Source: Candidatus Cryptobacteroides merdipullorum
GTDB taxonomy: Bacteria; Bacteroidota; Bacteroidia; Bacteroidales; UBA932
Direction of reading: 5' to 3'
Length of the DNA: 60,468 nt
NCBI GenBank assembly: GCA_018715685.1
Contig: DVLC01000121.1
Coordinates: 1 to 60,468, forward strand
The notes beneath the pieces were generated by a model that worked only from the letters and a program-made list of their open reading frames with translations, was not told the origin of the DNA and made no database searches. This document shows, in pieces, positions 11,231 to 22,329 of this stretch; the first letter of the stretch is position 1, and each line of letters opens with the position of its first letter. The translations under genes and the position numbers were made by a program.

Positions 11231-13405
11231 TCAGTTTATCTGTGAGCCGTCGGCAAGGACCTCCTGGGGAGTGATGAAGCGCATCTTGCCGTCGCCCTGT
11301 CTTGCCATCAGTATCATGCCCCTGCTCTCTATGCCGCGTATGGTACGGGGCTTGAGATTGGCGAGAATGCATATCTGCCTGCCCTTCATGTCATCGGGAC
11401 TGTAGTATTCGGCTATCCCGGAGACTATCACGCGCCTGTCGATGCCGGTGTCTATCGTCAGCTTGAGCAATTTGTCGGTCTTGGGAACGCGTTCGGCGTC
11501 GATGACGGTAGCCGTGCGTATGTCCATCTTCTCGAAATCCTCGTAGCTGCATTCTTCCTTCATCGGCGCGACCCTCTTCGCCGCCTCGGCCGCAGCTGCG
11601 GCGGCATGTTCCGCCTTGACAGCTTCAAGCCTCGACAGCTGGGCCGCTATCGCGTCATCCTCGACTTTGGCGAACAGCAGCTCAGCCTCCCCGAGAGCAT
11701 GGCCCGCAGGCAGAATGTCCTCCCCGCCGAGCACGGACCACTCAAGACGCACGCCGGAATCATCGCCGGAAGAGCGGTTCACGGATCCCGAAGCCACCGG
11801 ATCAGGGCACCAGCAGCTATGCTGCGCGGCTCCGTCCCTCTCCGGACGATGGTCGAAACCGGCCTCCAGTCCCACCCGCAGCATCCTGCGCAGCCTCTCC
11901 GCGGCGAAAGGCGTGAAGGGTTCGAATGCAAGAGCGAGGTCGCAGCAGATCTGGAGGGAGATGTTGAGTATGGTCGCAGCCCTGTCGCGGTCGGTCTTGA
12001 TGACCTTCCAGGGTTCGGTGTCGGAGATGTACTTGTTGCCGACACGCGCGATGGACATGGCGTCCTTGAGGGCTTCGCGGAAATGGAAGCCGTCAAGATT
12101 CTTCTCGAGCGAATCCTTCAGGCGCGGTATCTGATCGAGAGCCTCGCGGTCTACGGGCTCAAGCGCCCCGCACGCGGGCACCTTACCTTCGAAGTATTTG
12201 TGCGTGAGCACGACGGCGCGGTTCACGAAATTGCCGAATATCGCCACGAGCTCGCTGTTGTTGCGCTGCTGGAAGTCTTTCCAGCTGAAGTCGTTGTCCT
12301 TGGTCTCCGGTGCGTTGGCGGTGAGCACGTAGCGCAGCACGTCCTCCTTCCCGGGAAAGTCGCGCAGATATTCGTGCGCCCATACGGCCCAGTTGCGGGA
12401 GGTGGAGATCTTGTCGCCCTCGAGGTTCAGGAACTCGTTGGACGGCACGTTGTCGGGAAGTATATAGCCGCCGTGGGCCTTGAGCATCGAGGGGAACACG
12501 ATGCAGTGGAAGACTATGTTGTCCTTGCCGATGAAGTGCACGAGTCTCGTGTCGTCGGACTTCCACCATTTCTCCCAGTCGTCGGGGAAAAGTTCGCGGG
12601 TGTTGGATATATAGCCGATGGGCGCGTCGAACCACACATAGAGCACCTTGCCCTCGGCACCTTCGACCGGAACCGGCACGCCCCATTCAAGGTCGCGGGT
12701 CACGGCGCGGGGCTGAAGTCCGCCGTCGAGCCAGCTCTTGACCTGACCGTAGACATTGGGCCTCCACTCCTTGTGTCCCTCGAGTATCCATTCGCGAAGC
12801 CACTGCTCATAGTCCTGCAGAGGCAGGTACCAGTGGCTGGTCTTCTTCTTCACGGGCTGCGCTCCGCTGAGCTTGCTCCTGGGGTTGATGAGCTCCTCGG
12901 GGCTCAGGGTGCTTCCGCACTTCTCGCACTGGTCGCCGTAGGCGCCCTCGAAACCGCACTTCGGACAAGTGCCTACGATATAGCGGTCGGCGAGGAAGGT
13001 CTTCGCCTCCGGGTCGTAGTACTGCTCGCTTTCGCGGACGATGAACTTGCCCTCGTCATAGAGCTTGCGGAAGAAGTCGGAGGCCGTCTTCTCGTGAATC
13101 TTCGAGGTGGTCCTGCCGTAGACATCGAAGTTGATGCCGAGACCGGCGAAGGAATCACGGATCAGGCCGTGATACCTGTCGACTATGTCCTGGGGAGAGC
13201 AGCCCTGCTCGCGAGCCTTTATCGTAATCGGAACACCATGCTCGTCGGAGCCGCACACGAAAAGCACGTCCTCTCCCCTGAGACGGAGATATCTGACATA
13301 GATGTCGGCCGGCACATAGACTCCGGCAAGATGCCCGATATGCACCGGCCCGTTGGTGTAGGGCAGTGCGCAGGTCACAAGCGTTCTCTTGAATCTTGAA
13401 TCCAT
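11231..13405 (-). CDS. metG: Methionine--tRNA ligase
   Basis: [13 protein letters not shown], Zn knuckle, [16 protein letters not shown]-terminal tRNA-binding domain. Start MDSRF at 13405. Confidence 0.96.
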   Translation of the reverse strand: MDSRFKRTLVTCALPYTNGPVHIGHLAGVYVPADIYVRYLRLRGEDVLFVCGSDEHGVPITIKAREQGCSPQDIVDRYHGLIRDSFAGLGINFDVYGRTTSKIHEKTASDFFRKLYDEGKFIVRESEQYYDPEAKTFLADRYIVGTCPKCGFEGAYGDQCEKCGSTLSPEELINPRSKLSGAQPVKKKTSHWYLPLQDYEQWLREWILEGHKEWRPNVYGQVKSWLDGGLQPRAVTRDLEWGVPVPVEGAEGKVLYVWFDAPIGYISNTRELFPDDWEKWWKSDDTRLVHFIGKDNIVFHCIVFPSMLKAHGGYILPDNVPSNEFLNLEGDKISTSRNWAVWAHEYLRDFPGKEDVLRYVLTANAPETKDNDFSWKDFQQRNNSELVAIFGNFVNRAVVLTHKYFEGKVPACGALEPVDREALDQIPRLKDSLEKNLDGFHFREALKDAMSIARVGNKYISDTEPWKVIKTDRDRAATILNISLQICCDLALAFEPFTPFAAERLRRMLRVGLEAGFDHRPERDGAAQHSCWCPDPVASGSVNRSSGDDSGVRLEWSVLGGEDILPAGHALGEAELLFAKVEDDAIAAQLSRLEAVKAEHAAAAAAEAAKRVAPMKEECSYEDFEKMDIRTATVIDAERVPKTDKLLKLTIDTGIDRRVIVSGIAEYYSPDDMKGRQICILANLKPRTIRGIESRGMILMARQGDGKMRFITPQEVLADGSQIN

Positions 13406-13524
13406 TTTCCTATATTTTACCGCCCGGAGGCGAGCCGGGCACAGCCATGCAATCACGGTGCCGCCCGTGAAGCGAAAGGCAAAATTATCTTATAAAATCA
13501 ATTTAAGCAAATGCGGACTTCAGG

Positions 13525-15519
13525 CTAACGCTTCTCGCGTCCGATCTTCTGCCTGATACGGAGCTGGGCCGTCTGGACCTTCTTCATTTCCTGAAGCAGC
13601 TGCAGCTGCTCTTCGTCCGACGCTCCGGACAGCCTGCGCACGAGCGTATCATATCTGTCCTGAAGACGCCTTTCTGCATAAAACATTATGGTTCTGGGCA
13701 CCTGCGCGACAAGCCAGGACTGAGTGGTGGTCATTGAATTGCGGAAAGTGCTCACCGACAGCACATATTTCTCCGTGTACAGGGCGGCCGCCACCGCCGC
13801 GACCTTTCTGTCGGGCGAGTCCAGCAGAGCCTTGACGGTCTCCTCCCTGGAAAGCCCCCTGTCGTAGCAGTCGAAATATGCATTGTAGACCGCGTCGTAG
13901 GCCGAATTGGCCATCCTCGTCCCGTCGCTTTCGAGAGCGTCGCGGATAAAGTCGGCCACGGTCGTCTTCTCCTCTTCGGAACCCGAATAAAACTCAGAAT
14001 CGCTCTCGAATTCCATGGGTTCGTCGCCGTGCGACAGCAGGAACCAGACCAGATCCTTCTCCGTGCCGGCCAGCACCCTGTTCTCCTCGGTCCACGCCTC
14101 CCTCCCGGAGACATCGTCATTCCGCATCTCCGGAGCTCCGTCCGCAGAAGCTCCGGTCTGATCCGCACCGCGGCGGCTCTCCCTCTCCTCCCGGCGCATC
14201 GCGCTCTTCCTGTCCTCGATCATCTTCCGCCTCCGTCCGGCTATCCTGTCGAAAAGTATCTGGGTCTCTATCCGGAACTGCTCCGCAGTGAACTCCACAT
14301 AGGTAGCCCGCTTCACCGCGTCGGGAATCTCGGCGATAGTGTCGGCTATGTCATTGATAAGGTTGGCCTTCTTCAGAGGATCTCCGGCGGCCTCTCCGAG
14401 CAGAAGCTCGGTCTTGAACGCGATGAAGTCCTTCTCCTCCGCCTCGATATAGGCGCGGACCTCTTCCAGAGTATGCCTGCGGCTGAAGGAATCGGGGTCG
14501 TCACCTTCAGGGAGCAGCACTATCTTCACGTTCATCCCTTCGGAAAGCACGAGGTCGATTCCGCGCAGGGCTGCATGCACGCCGGCGGAATCCCCGTCGT
14601 ACATGATCGTCATGTTCTCCGTGAACTTATGGATAAGCCTGACCTGCTCCACGGTGAGGGAGGTGCCGCAGGAGGCCACCACGTTGCATATCCCGAGCTG
14701 GTGCATCATGACCATGTCGACATTGCCCTCGACAAGGATGCACTTGTCCTGACGGGATATCTCCGACTTGGCGAACCAGATGCCGAGCAGGTTGCGGCTC
14801 TTGATGTAGATTTCCGTCTCCGGGGAGTTGACGTACTTCGCCGGATTGTCCGAGCGCAGGGTACGGCCGCTGAACGCCACCACCCTGCCGCTGACCGAGT
14901 GTACGGGGAACATGACGCGCTCCCTGAACTTGTCGGTGAGAGTGCCGTCGTCATTGCGCACCGAGAGACCGGCGTCCACCAGGTATTCTGGCTTGTAGCC
15001 GGCCGCGATGGCGGCGTCGGTGAAGACGGAACGCCCTCTGGGGGCCCATCCGAGGCCGAATTTCTCTATCGTGGCGTCCTCTATGCCTCTCGAACGGAAA
15101 TACGCATAGCCGACATCACGGCCTTCCCCCGAAGCAAGCTGCCCGTGAAAGAATTTCTGGGCATATTCCGAAACCAGAAGCAGGCTCTCCTTCTTCTGGC
15201 GGCGCATGAGTTCCTCGGGATCCTCCGCCTCCTCGACTATCTCTATGTTGTACTTCCTCGCGAGATAGCGCAGGGCCTCGGTGTAGGAGCAGTGCTCCTC
15301 CTCCATCACGAAGCCGACGGCCGTCCCGGCCTTTCCGCAGCCGAAGCACTTGTAGATACCTTTTGCCGGGGAGACATAGAACGACGGAGTCTTCTCGTTG
15401 TGGAAAGGGCAGCAGGCGACATAATTCGCCCCGCGGCGCCTGAGCGTCACATAATCGCCGACCACATCCACTATCTGGGCGGTGTCGAGTATGAGGTTGA
15501 CTGTCTCCTGCGGTATCAC
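13525..15519 (-). CDS. dnaG: DNA primase
   Basis: CPFHNEKTPSF...CFGC zinc finger, KYVNSPE, VEG, YDGDSAG, DPDS. Probable GTG start overlaps the recQ stop. Confidence 0.96.
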   Translation of the reverse strand: MIPQETVNLILDTAQIVDVVGDYVTLRRRGANYVACCPFHNEKTPSFYVSPAKGIYKCFGCGKAGTAVGFVMEEEHCSYTEALRYLARKYNIEIVEEAEDPEELMRRQKKESLLLVSEYAQKFFHGQLASGEGRDVGYAYFRSRGIEDATIEKFGLGWAPRGRSVFTDAAIAAGYKPEYLVDAGLSVRNDDGTLTDKFRERVMFPVHSVSGRVVAFSGRTLRSDNPAKYVNSPETEIYIKSRNLLGIWFAKSEISRQDKCILVEGNVDMVMMHQLGICNVVASCGTSLTVEQVRLIHKFTENMTIMYDGDSAGVHAALRGIDLVLSEGMNVKIVLLPEGDDPDSFSRRHTLEEVRAYIEAEEKDFIAFKTELLLGEAAGDPLKKANLINDIADTIAEIPDAVKRATYVEFTAEQFRIETQILFDRIAGRRRKMIEDRKSAMRREERESRRGADQTGASADGAPEMRNDDVSGREAWTEENRVLAGTEKDLVWFLLSHGDEPMEFESDSEFYSGSEEEKTTVADFIRDALESDGTRMANSAYDAVYNAYFDCYDRGLSREETVKALLDSPDRKVAAVAAALYTEKYVLSVSTFRNSMTTTQSWLVAQVPRTIMFYAERRLQDRYDTLVRRLSGASDEEQLQLLQEMKKVQTAQLRIRQKIGREKR

Positions 15520-17729
15520 GACGCCACCTCGCACAGAAACTTGATGCGCACGAGGCGCACCTCATTCTCATAATAATCCGGACCGAGAGCCTCGAGCGCG
15601 GCCTGCACGTCATCCGAAACGGCCTCGTTCCTGAAATAGTCGTAGATATCCCCGACTATCTCCTCATCGAGATTCTCCTCTATATAATAGTCGAGGTTCA
15701 GCTTCATTCCGCTCGCGACTATGGCCTCTATCTCCCCCATGAGCTCGTCCATGTCCATGTTCTTCGCGGCCGCGATGTCCTCGAGCGACATGTGCCTGTC
15801 GATGCTCTGGATTATGAACACCTTGTCGGCGGACTTGTTCGGCGCGGACTTTATCACGAAGTCGTCCGGACGCTCGATCTCGTTCTCCTCGACATATTTT
15901 CTGATAAGTTCGACGAACTCCTTTCCGAACTTCCGGGCCTTTCCGTCGCCGACTCCCTGACAGTTCTTGAGTTCTTCAAGGCTTATGGGATAGGATATGG
16001 ACATGTCCTCGAGCGCGGGATCGCCGAAAATGATCCAGGGCTGGAGCCTTAGCCTTCTGGAAAGGTCCTTGCGCAGGTCCTTGAGCATAGCGAGCAGCAC
16101 CGGGTCGCCCGCCCCTCCGGACTTCATGGCCGAAGCGGCGGCAGCCGTCTCCTCGTCGTCCTCGTCGGAATCCGACCCGCCCAGAAAGACCCTGTCCTCC
16201 ACAAGACGCAGTTCCCAGGGATCCTGCCGGAACTTCCGTCCGAGCTCGGTTATGTGGATCAGGCCGTAAGCCTCTATCTCCTTCTCCAGAAGATGGGCGA
16301 TGACACCCTGATGCAGCACTGCAAGCCAGAATTTCTTCGAATGGGCGGCCCCCGCCCCGAAGAAAGCCAGCTCGTCGTGGCGGTAGGACTTTATCATCGA
16401 ATTGCTCTCGCCTGCGAGTATGTTCGCAAGATGCTCTATCTTGAAATGTTCGGGCAGCGAGGCGACCAGATCCAGCACGAGCTTCATCTCGTTCCGTCCG
16501 TCGAAAGTCGGCCTCGGATGCAGGCAGTTGTCGCAGCAGTGGCAGCTGTCCTGCGCGTAGGTCTCGCCGAAATAGTTGAGCAGCAGTTTCCTGCGGCACT
16601 GGCTCGACTCGGCGTAGGCAGTCACTTCCGCCAGCAGCTGGCGTCCTATCTCCTGCTCCGCAACCGGCTTGCCCTGCATGTACTTCTCGAGCTTCTGTAT
16701 GTCCTTATAGCTGTAATAGGCTATGCAGCGTCCCTCCTGGCCGTCCCGGCCGGCACGCCCGGTCTCCTGATAATAGCTCTCTATGCTCTTGGGAATGTCG
16801 TAGTGTATCACAAAGCGCACGTCGGGCTTGTCTATGCCCATCCCGAACGCGATGGTCGCCACTATCACGTCCACCTCCTCCATCAGGAACCTGTCCTGAT
16901 TCTCGGCTCTGGTCTTCGCATCAAGTCCGGCATGATAGGGCAGGGCGCGTATCCCGTTGATGTTCAGGAGTTCGGCGAGATCCTCAACCTTCTTGCGGCT
17001 CAGGCAGTAGATTATTCCGGACTTTCCGAGATTCTGGCGTATGAACTTGACTATGTCCTTCTCGGGCTCCACCTTGTCCCTGATCTCGTAATAGAGGTTG
17101 GGCCTGTTGAACGAGGACTTGAACACCTCGGCTTCAGGGATGCCCAGCGTCTTCAGTATGTCGCTCTGGACCTTTGGGGTGGCAGTGGCGGTCAGGGCGA
17201 TTATGGGCCTCCGGCCTATCTGGTCGACGATGGACTTTATCCGGCGGTACTCCGGCCTGAAGTCATGCCCCCATTCGGAGATGCAATGCGCCTCGTCGAC
17301 CGCGTAGAACGAAATCTCGATTTCCTTGAGCAGCGCCACGTTCTCCTCCTTGGTCAGTGATTCCGGAGCCACATACAGCAGCTTTGTCCTGCCGGCCAGA
17401 AGATCTTCCCGGACTTCGTCGATCTGGGCCCGCGAAAGCGAGGAGTTCAGGAAATGGGCGATGCTCGCGTCGCCGTTCACGAAACCGCGCAGCAGATCGA
17501 CCTGATTCTTCATGAGCGCAATCAGAGGAGAGATGACTATCGCGGTACCGCCCATGACCAGCGCGGGCAGCTGATAGCACAGAGACTTTCCGCCGCCCGT
17601 CGGCATGAGCACGAAACAGTCGCCGCCGCCTACAAGGTGTTTGATTATCTTCTCCTGCTCGCCCTTGAAAGTGTCGTAGCCGAAGAAATTCTTGAGCGTC
17701 ACTCGAATCAGGTCGGAATCAGCTTTCAT
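15516..17729 (-). CDS. recQ: ATP-dependent DNA helicase RecQ
   Basis: MPTGGGKSLCYQLP, DEAHCISEWGHDFRP, QETGRAGRDG, RQC cysteines, HRDC-like region. Confidence 0.96.
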   Translation of the reverse strand: MKADSDLIRVTLKNFFGYDTFKGEQEKIIKHLVGGGDCFVLMPTGGGKSLCYQLPALVMGGTAIVISPLIALMKNQVDLLRGFVNGDASIAHFLNSSLSRAQIDEVREDLLAGRTKLLYVAPESLTKEENVALLKEIEISFYAVDEAHCISEWGHDFRPEYRRIKSIVDQIGRRPIIALTATATPKVQSDILKTLGIPEAEVFKSSFNRPNLYYEIRDKVEPEKDIVKFIRQNLGKSGIIYCLSRKKVEDLAELLNINGIRALPYHAGLDAKTRAENQDRFLMEEVDVIVATIAFGMGIDKPDVRFVIHYDIPKSIESYYQETGRAGRDGQEGRCIAYYSYKDIQKLEKYMQGKPVAEQEIGRQLLAEVTAYAESSQCRRKLLLNYFGETYAQDSCHCCDNCLHPRPTFDGRNEMKLVLDLVASLPEHFKIEHLANILAGESNSMIKSYRHDELAFFGAGAAHSKKFWLAVLHQGVIAHLLEKEIEAYGLIHITELGRKFRQDPWELRLVEDRVFLGGSDSDEDDEETAAAASAMKSGGAGDPVLLAMLKDLRKDLSRRLRLQPWIIFGDPALEDMSISYPISLEELKNCQGVGDGKARKFGKEFVELIRKYVEENEIERPDDFVIKSAPNKSADKVFIIQSIDRHMSLEDIAAAKNMDMDELMGEIEAIVASGMKLNLDYYIEENLDEEIVGDIYDYFRNEAVSDDVQAALEALGPDYYENEVRLVRIKFLCEVAS

Positions 17730-17735
17730 GTCTTG

Positions 17736-18977
17736 TCAGTCTAAAGTGTGAACAGCCAGCCCGGAACGCAGCTTGGGCTCGAACCAGGTGGTCTTGGGAG
17801 GCATTATCATGCCGCTGTCGGCGATGTCGACAAGCTGGCGCATCGACACGGGATAGAGGGCGAAAGCCACTCTCATCTCTCCGGAATCGACCCGCCTGGC
17901 AAGTTCGTCAAGTCCGCGTATGCCTCCGACAAAATCGATGCGCTTGTCGGTACGCAGATCCTTGATTCCCAGCAGCTTGTCCAGAACGAGCCGCGAAAGC
18001 ACGGTGACATCCAGAACGCCTATCGGATCCGAATCGTCGTAGCGCCCGGGTCTTGCGGTCAGAGAATACCACTGTCCGTCGAGGTACATGGAGAAATTGT
18101 GGAGCCTGTCGGGATGATACGCCTCCTTTCCCCTGCACTCCAGCTCGAAGTCTTCGGACAGCCGCTCAAGGAAGGCAGGACCGTCCATTCCGGCGAGATC
18201 CTTCACGACCCTGTTGTAATCTATTATCCTGAGCTGGCTCTCGGGGAAGCACACGGCCATGAACCAGTTGTACTCCTCGTCACCGGTGTGGCCGGGATTC
18301 TGCGCCCTCTTCTCGGCCCCCACTCTGGCGGCCGCTGCGGTGCGGTGATGACCGTCGGCGACATAGAAGGCCTCGACCTCTCCGGTGAAGATACGCGTTA
18401 TCCTGTCGTTCACGGCGGCGTCGCGGATGACCCAGAACTCATGTCCGAAACCGTTCTCGTCGGTAAACCTGTACTCCGAAGGGCCCGACACGGTCTCCGA
18501 AACTATGGCGGACAGTTCGGGATTGTCCTTGTAGGAGAAGAAGACGGGTTCGATATTGGCGTTCTGTATCCTCACGTGTATCATCCTGTCGTCCTCCTTG
18601 TCCCTGCGGGTCAGCTCATGCTTCTTGATCGCGCCCGAACTGTAGTCGTCCGTGTGGGCGCAGAGCACGATTCCGTACTGTGTACGGCCGCCCATGGTCT
18701 GGGCGTAGACATAATAATACTGCCCGGGATCCCTGACCAGCCAACCGTTGTCCCGCCAGCGGCGGAAATTCTCCACGGCTCTGTCGTACACCCTCGGATC
18801 GTGGTCGGACAACATGGGTTCGAAATCAATCTCCGGCTTTGTGATGTGCAGGAGAGACTTCTCCCCCGCCATCGCCCTGGCCTCGGACGAATCGAGCACG
18901 TCGTAGGGAGGGGCGGCGACTTCGGTCACCAGCTCTCTCGGCGGACGCAATGCCGCAAAAGGCTTCACTCTCACCAT
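17736..18977 (-). CDS. DUF1015 family protein
   Basis: APPYDV, IKKHELT, YVADGHHR, MPPKTTWFEPKLRSGL. Follows serC-serA. Confidence 0.9.
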   Translation of the reverse strand: MVRVKPFAALRPPRELVTEVAAPPYDVLDSSEARAMAGEKSLLHITKPEIDFEPMLSDHDPRVYDRAVENFRRWRDNGWLVRDPGQYYYVYAQTMGGRTQYGIVLCAHTDDYSSGAIKKHELTRRDKEDDRMIHVRIQNANIEPVFFSYKDNPELSAIVSETVSGPSEYRFTDENGFGHEFWVIRDAAVNDRITRIFTGEVEAFYVADGHHRTAAAARVGAEKRAQNPGHTGDEEYNWFMAVCFPESQLRIIDYNRVVKDLAGMDGPAFLERLSEDFELECRGKEAYHPDRLHNFSMYLDGQWYSLTARPGRYDDSDPIGVLDVTVLSRLVLDKLLGIKDLRTDKRIDFVGGIRGLDELARRVDSGEMRVAFALYPVSMRQLVDIADSGMIMPPKTTWFEPKLRSGLAVHTLD

Positions 18978-18984
18978 GGCTGCA

Positions 18985-19905
18985 TCATTTGTTGAGACGG
19001 TATTTCTCGTCTCCGTTCTCGAAATAGGCGACTATCTGCCTTGCGGCGGCGAGTCCGGCGTTGATATTGGCCTCCGCCGTCTGCGCGCCCATCTTCTTCG
19101 GGGTCGCGAACACGCGCAGGCCGAATTTCTCGCGCAGTCCGGCATAGTTGTCCGGAGCCACGTCGGTGACATATTTTATGTCGGGTCTCTCCTCCAGCGC
19201 CTGCTCAAGCCCGGCCTCGTCGATCACCTCCTTGCGGGCGGTGTTCACAAGCACGGCGTTCTCAGGCATCCTGCATATCAGTTCGCGTCCTATGCTTCCG
19301 ACCGTCTGGGGAGTGGCGGGAATATGCACGCTCACATAATCACTGCGCGAGTACAGTTCATCAACGCTTTCCACGGGCTCCGCACCGCCTTCGCGTATCT
19401 GCTCAGGCGAGAGGAAGGGGTCGGTCGCAAGCACCTTCATGCCGAGAGCCTCCGCCTTGCGCGCCACGAGCCTGCCGACATTGCCGAAGGCCTGGACGCC
19501 GAGGGTCCTGCCGTTTATCTCCGAACCTGTGGAAGGGGTGAACTGGCCGCGGGACATGTAGATCATCATGGCTATGGCAAGTTCGGCCACGGCGTTGGAA
19601 TTCTGGCCGGGCGTGTTCATCGCGACCACTCCGCGCGCGCTGCATGCCGCGAGGTCAAGATTGTCATATCCGGCGCCGGCGCGAACCACGATGCGCAGCT
19701 TCGGCGCAGCGGCCACAACTGCCGCGGTGACCTTGTCCGAACGCACTATCAGCGCGTCCGCGTCGGCTACCGCCGCCACGAGATCGGCCTCTCCGGCATA
19801 TTTCTCCAGCAGAGCGAAATCATATCCGGCTTCCGTGACTATTTTCCTTATGCCCTCCACCGCCACCGGCGCGAAGGGTTTCTGCGTCGCTACAAGGACT
19901 TTCAT
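18985..19905 (-). CDS. serA: D-3-phosphoglycerate dehydrogenase (short form, no ACT domain)
   Basis: [30 protein letters not shown]. Coupled to serC by ATGA overlap. Confidence 0.85.
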   Translation of the reverse strand: MKVLVATQKPFAPVAVEGIRKIVTEAGYDFALLEKYAGEADLVAAVADADALIVRSDKVTAAVVAAAPKLRIVVRAGAGYDNLDLAACSARGVVAMNTPGQNSNAVAELAIAMMIYMSRGQFTPSTGSEINGRTLGVQAFGNVGRLVARKAEALGMKVLATDPFLSPEQIREGGAEPVESVDELYSRSDYVSVHIPATPQTVGSIGRELICRMPENAVLVNTARKEVIDEAGLEQALEERPDIKYVTDVAPDNYAGLREKFGLRVFATPKKMGAQTAEANINAGLAAARQIVAYFENGDEKYRLNK

Positions 19906-20975
19906 AGACATACGCGCTTTTCAAAATCTCTCATGCACTTCACGAGCGCCTCGACATCCTCCTGGGTGCAGGCGTTATAGATGGACGCGCGGAATCCGCC
20001 GACGGAGCGATGCCCCTTGATTCCCACGATGTCATGGGCGTCGGCATATTTCAGGAACTCGTCCTGAAGGTTCTCCCGTCCGGGCGCCATGACGAAGCAT
20101 ACGTTCATTATCGACCTGTCCTCGACTGCGGCGGTGCCAACGAACAGCTCGTTGCGGTCGATCTCGGCATAGAGCGTCTCGGCCTTGCGCACATCAGCTT
20201 CGTGAATCGCATCCACACCGCCCACGCTCTTGAGCCACTTGAGGGTCTCGTTCATCACGAAGATGGAGAAAACCGGAGGAGTGTTGAACATGGAGCCCTT
20301 GTCAATATGCACGCGGTAGTCGAGCATCGTGGGGATGTAGCGGCTGACCTTCCCGAGGGAGTCCTTCCTGACGATCACGAAAGCCACGCCCGCGGGGCCG
20401 GCGTTCTTCTGGGCGCCTCCGTAGATCAGGGCGTACTTGCTCACATCCACCCTGCGGCTGAGGATGTCGGACGACATGTCGGCGATCAGCGGCACGGGGC
20501 TGTCGATGTCCTCGCGGATCTCGGTTCCGTAGATGGTGTTGTTGGTAGTGATGTGGAAATAGTCAAGGTCTTCCGGAATCACATACCCCTTGGGAATATA
20601 GGAGTAGTTTCTGTCGGCCGAACTTGCCACTGCGACGGCGTTTCCGAGGCCCTGGGCCTCCTTGAGCGCCTTGTGGGCCCACACGCCGGTATCGAGATAG
20701 CCGGCTTTCTTCTCGAGATAGTTCATGGGAACCAGCAGGAACTCGAGGCTCGCACCGCTGCCCAGGAACAGCACTTCGTGAGTGTCGGGGATATCCAGCA
20801 GTTCCTTCCAGAGCGCCCTGCACTCGTCCATGACCTCCACCCAGGCCTTGCTGCGGTGGGATGTAGAAATCAGAGAAACACCTGTACCTTTGAAGTCCCT
20901 GAGGGCATCGACCGCATTGTCGATGGCGACCTTCGGAAGAAGGCAGGGACCGGCGTTGAAAACATGCTTGGCCAT
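19902..20975 (-). CDS. serC: Phosphoserine aminotransferase
   Basis: FNAGP, NNTIYGT, ADMSSD, GAQKN (PLP lysine), [19 protein letters not shown]. Confidence 0.96.
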   Translation of the reverse strand: MAKHVFNAGPCLLPKVAIDNAVDALRDFKGTGVSLISTSHRSKAWVEVMDECRALWKELLDIPDTHEVLFLGSGASLEFLLVPMNYLEKKAGYLDTGVWAHKALKEAQGLGNAVAVASSADRNYSYIPKGYVIPEDLDYFHITTNNTIYGTEIREDIDSPVPLIADMSSDILSRRVDVSKYALIYGGAQKNAGPAGVAFVIVRKDSLGKVSRYIPTMLDYRVHIDKGSMFNTPPVFSIFVMNETLKWLKSVGGVDAIHEADVRKAETLYAEIDRNELFVGTAAVEDRSIMNVCFVMAPGRENLQDEFLKYADAHDIVGIKGHRSVGGFRASIYNACTQEDVEALVKCMRDFEKRVCL

Positions 20976-20987
20976 AGTTAAAATCAG

Positions 20988-21584
20988 TTAGTCTTTAAAT
21001 ATACCTATTTTTTTAATCCTTTCCAAAAAATCCTGCTCGGACGACAGACGGACGAAAGCCTCGAGAGAGCACTCGTTCTGGAACGACTGGGCGCGCTGCG
21101 GCACGGCCATGTCCTTGAGAATCTTCATGACGGAAGGCAGCGAGGCGTAGGGGAAGTCGAGCCTGTGCCACTTCCCGGCGACCTTCTCCACGATCTTCGC
21201 GGACGAGAGAGCGTCGGCCGTCGCGGTTCTGTAGGCCCGGATCAACCCGGGAATTCCGAGCTTTATGCCGCCGAAATACCGGACCACGATCACGGCGACA
21301 TCGCTGAGCCCGGCGGAATCTATCTGTCCGAGTATCGGGCGTCCGGCCGAACCGGAAGGTTCGCCGTCGTCGCCAGCCCTCCAGAGTCCGCCGTCGTGAC
21401 CGATACGGAAGGCGCAGCAGTGGTGACGGGCGTCGTGGTACTCCTTCCTTGCCCCGGAGAGCAACGCGCGCACCTCCTCCTCGCTCTCCACCGGATACGC
21501 GAGGGCGATGAACCTGCTTCCGCTCTCCTTATAGAGCCCCCTTGCGGGCTCCGCAATGCTCAGATATGTGTCCGACGACATCAT
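20988..21584 (-). CDS. YigZ/IMPACT family protein
   Basis: SRFIA, HDARHHC, DDGEPSGSAG, VRYFGGIKLG...GLIRAY. Confidence 0.92.
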   Translation of the reverse strand: MMSSDTYLSIAEPARGLYKESGSRFIALAYPVESEEEVRALLSGARKEYHDARHHCCAFRIGHDGGLWRAGDDGEPSGSAGRPILGQIDSAGLSDVAVIVVRYFGGIKLGIPGLIRAYRTATADALSSAKIVEKVAGKWHRLDFPYASLPSVMKILKDMAVPQRAQSFQNECSLEAFVRLSSEQDFLERIKKIGIFKD

Positions 21585-21624
21585 TGGTTAATCAAAATTA
21601 GCGATAATTTAGTATCTTCGCAAT

Positions 21625-22188
21625 ATGGTTTACAAATATAGAATCACCCTTGCGGGACTGAAGGGTTTCTTCAGAGTATACCTCATAGACGGAGGCAACT
21701 CGCTTTACACTTTTCACAAGCAGATCCGTTCGGATCTCGAATTTCCTATGGATCAACCTATTTTGTTCAAGGCGCTGGATGCCGGAGGCCAGGTGGTAGC
21801 AAGGTATGCGCTGATGGACATAGGCTACGGGGCAGTGGACTCCGTGACCGTCGCCGACACCGTCAAGGCCGGGGTGAGCAGCTTCGTCTACTTCTACGAC
21901 ATACAGAACAAGAAGAGCGTCATCATCACGCTGGAGGGCGAGGAGCCCGGAGAGCATGTGACCGCGCCGAGGCTGACCGAGAGCAAGGGGCCCGTGCCCG
22001 CCGAGTTCGAGAACGGATATGTGGCCTTCGAGGACATGCCGGAAGAGAAGCGGCGGCTGCCCGGACAGCCGCCGCTCGGAGGGAAGGACGATGAAGATGA
22101 CGACGATGACCTCGACGAGGATGACGATGAAGACGAGGATGACGAGGACAAGGAAGAGGAGGAGATCATCTACGACGAAAACGAATAG
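21625..22188 (+). CDS. Hypothetical protein with a highly acidic C-terminal tail (possibly pRiA4b ORF-3-like)
   Basis: 187 aa. Last ~33 residues are almost all D/E. Followed by a terminator. Confidence 0.8.
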   Translation: MVYKYRITLAGLKGFFRVYLIDGGNSLYTFHKQIRSDLEFPMDQPILFKALDAGGQVVARYALMDIGYGAVDSVTVADTVKAGVSSFVYFYDIQNKKSVIITLEGEEPGEHVTAPRLTESKGPVPAEFENGYVAFEDMPEEKRRLPGQPPLGGKDDEDDDDDLDEDDDEDEDDEDKEEEEIIYDENE

Positions 22189-22206
22189 CATCAGCACATA
22201 CGAAGG

Positions 22207-22236
22207 ACGGTTCCGGGATGCCGGAGCCGTTTTTTT
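22207..22236 (+). terminator. Intrinsic terminator
   Basis: ACGGTTCCGG-gatg-CCGGAGCCGT followed by a T-run. Confidence 0.8.
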
Positions 22237-22329
22237 GTCCGGTGCCGGCAGGATTTGATATGATTCTTGAATTTCTTGAAATCCCCGGGCGGCTGAAAAC
22301 CATTAATTTTGTCCATATTCAATAACACT

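Noticed and set aside
14090-14220. Charged low-complexity stretch in DnaG
   Set aside because: It falls in the normally variable linker before the C-terminal domain, with no flanking repeat seen.
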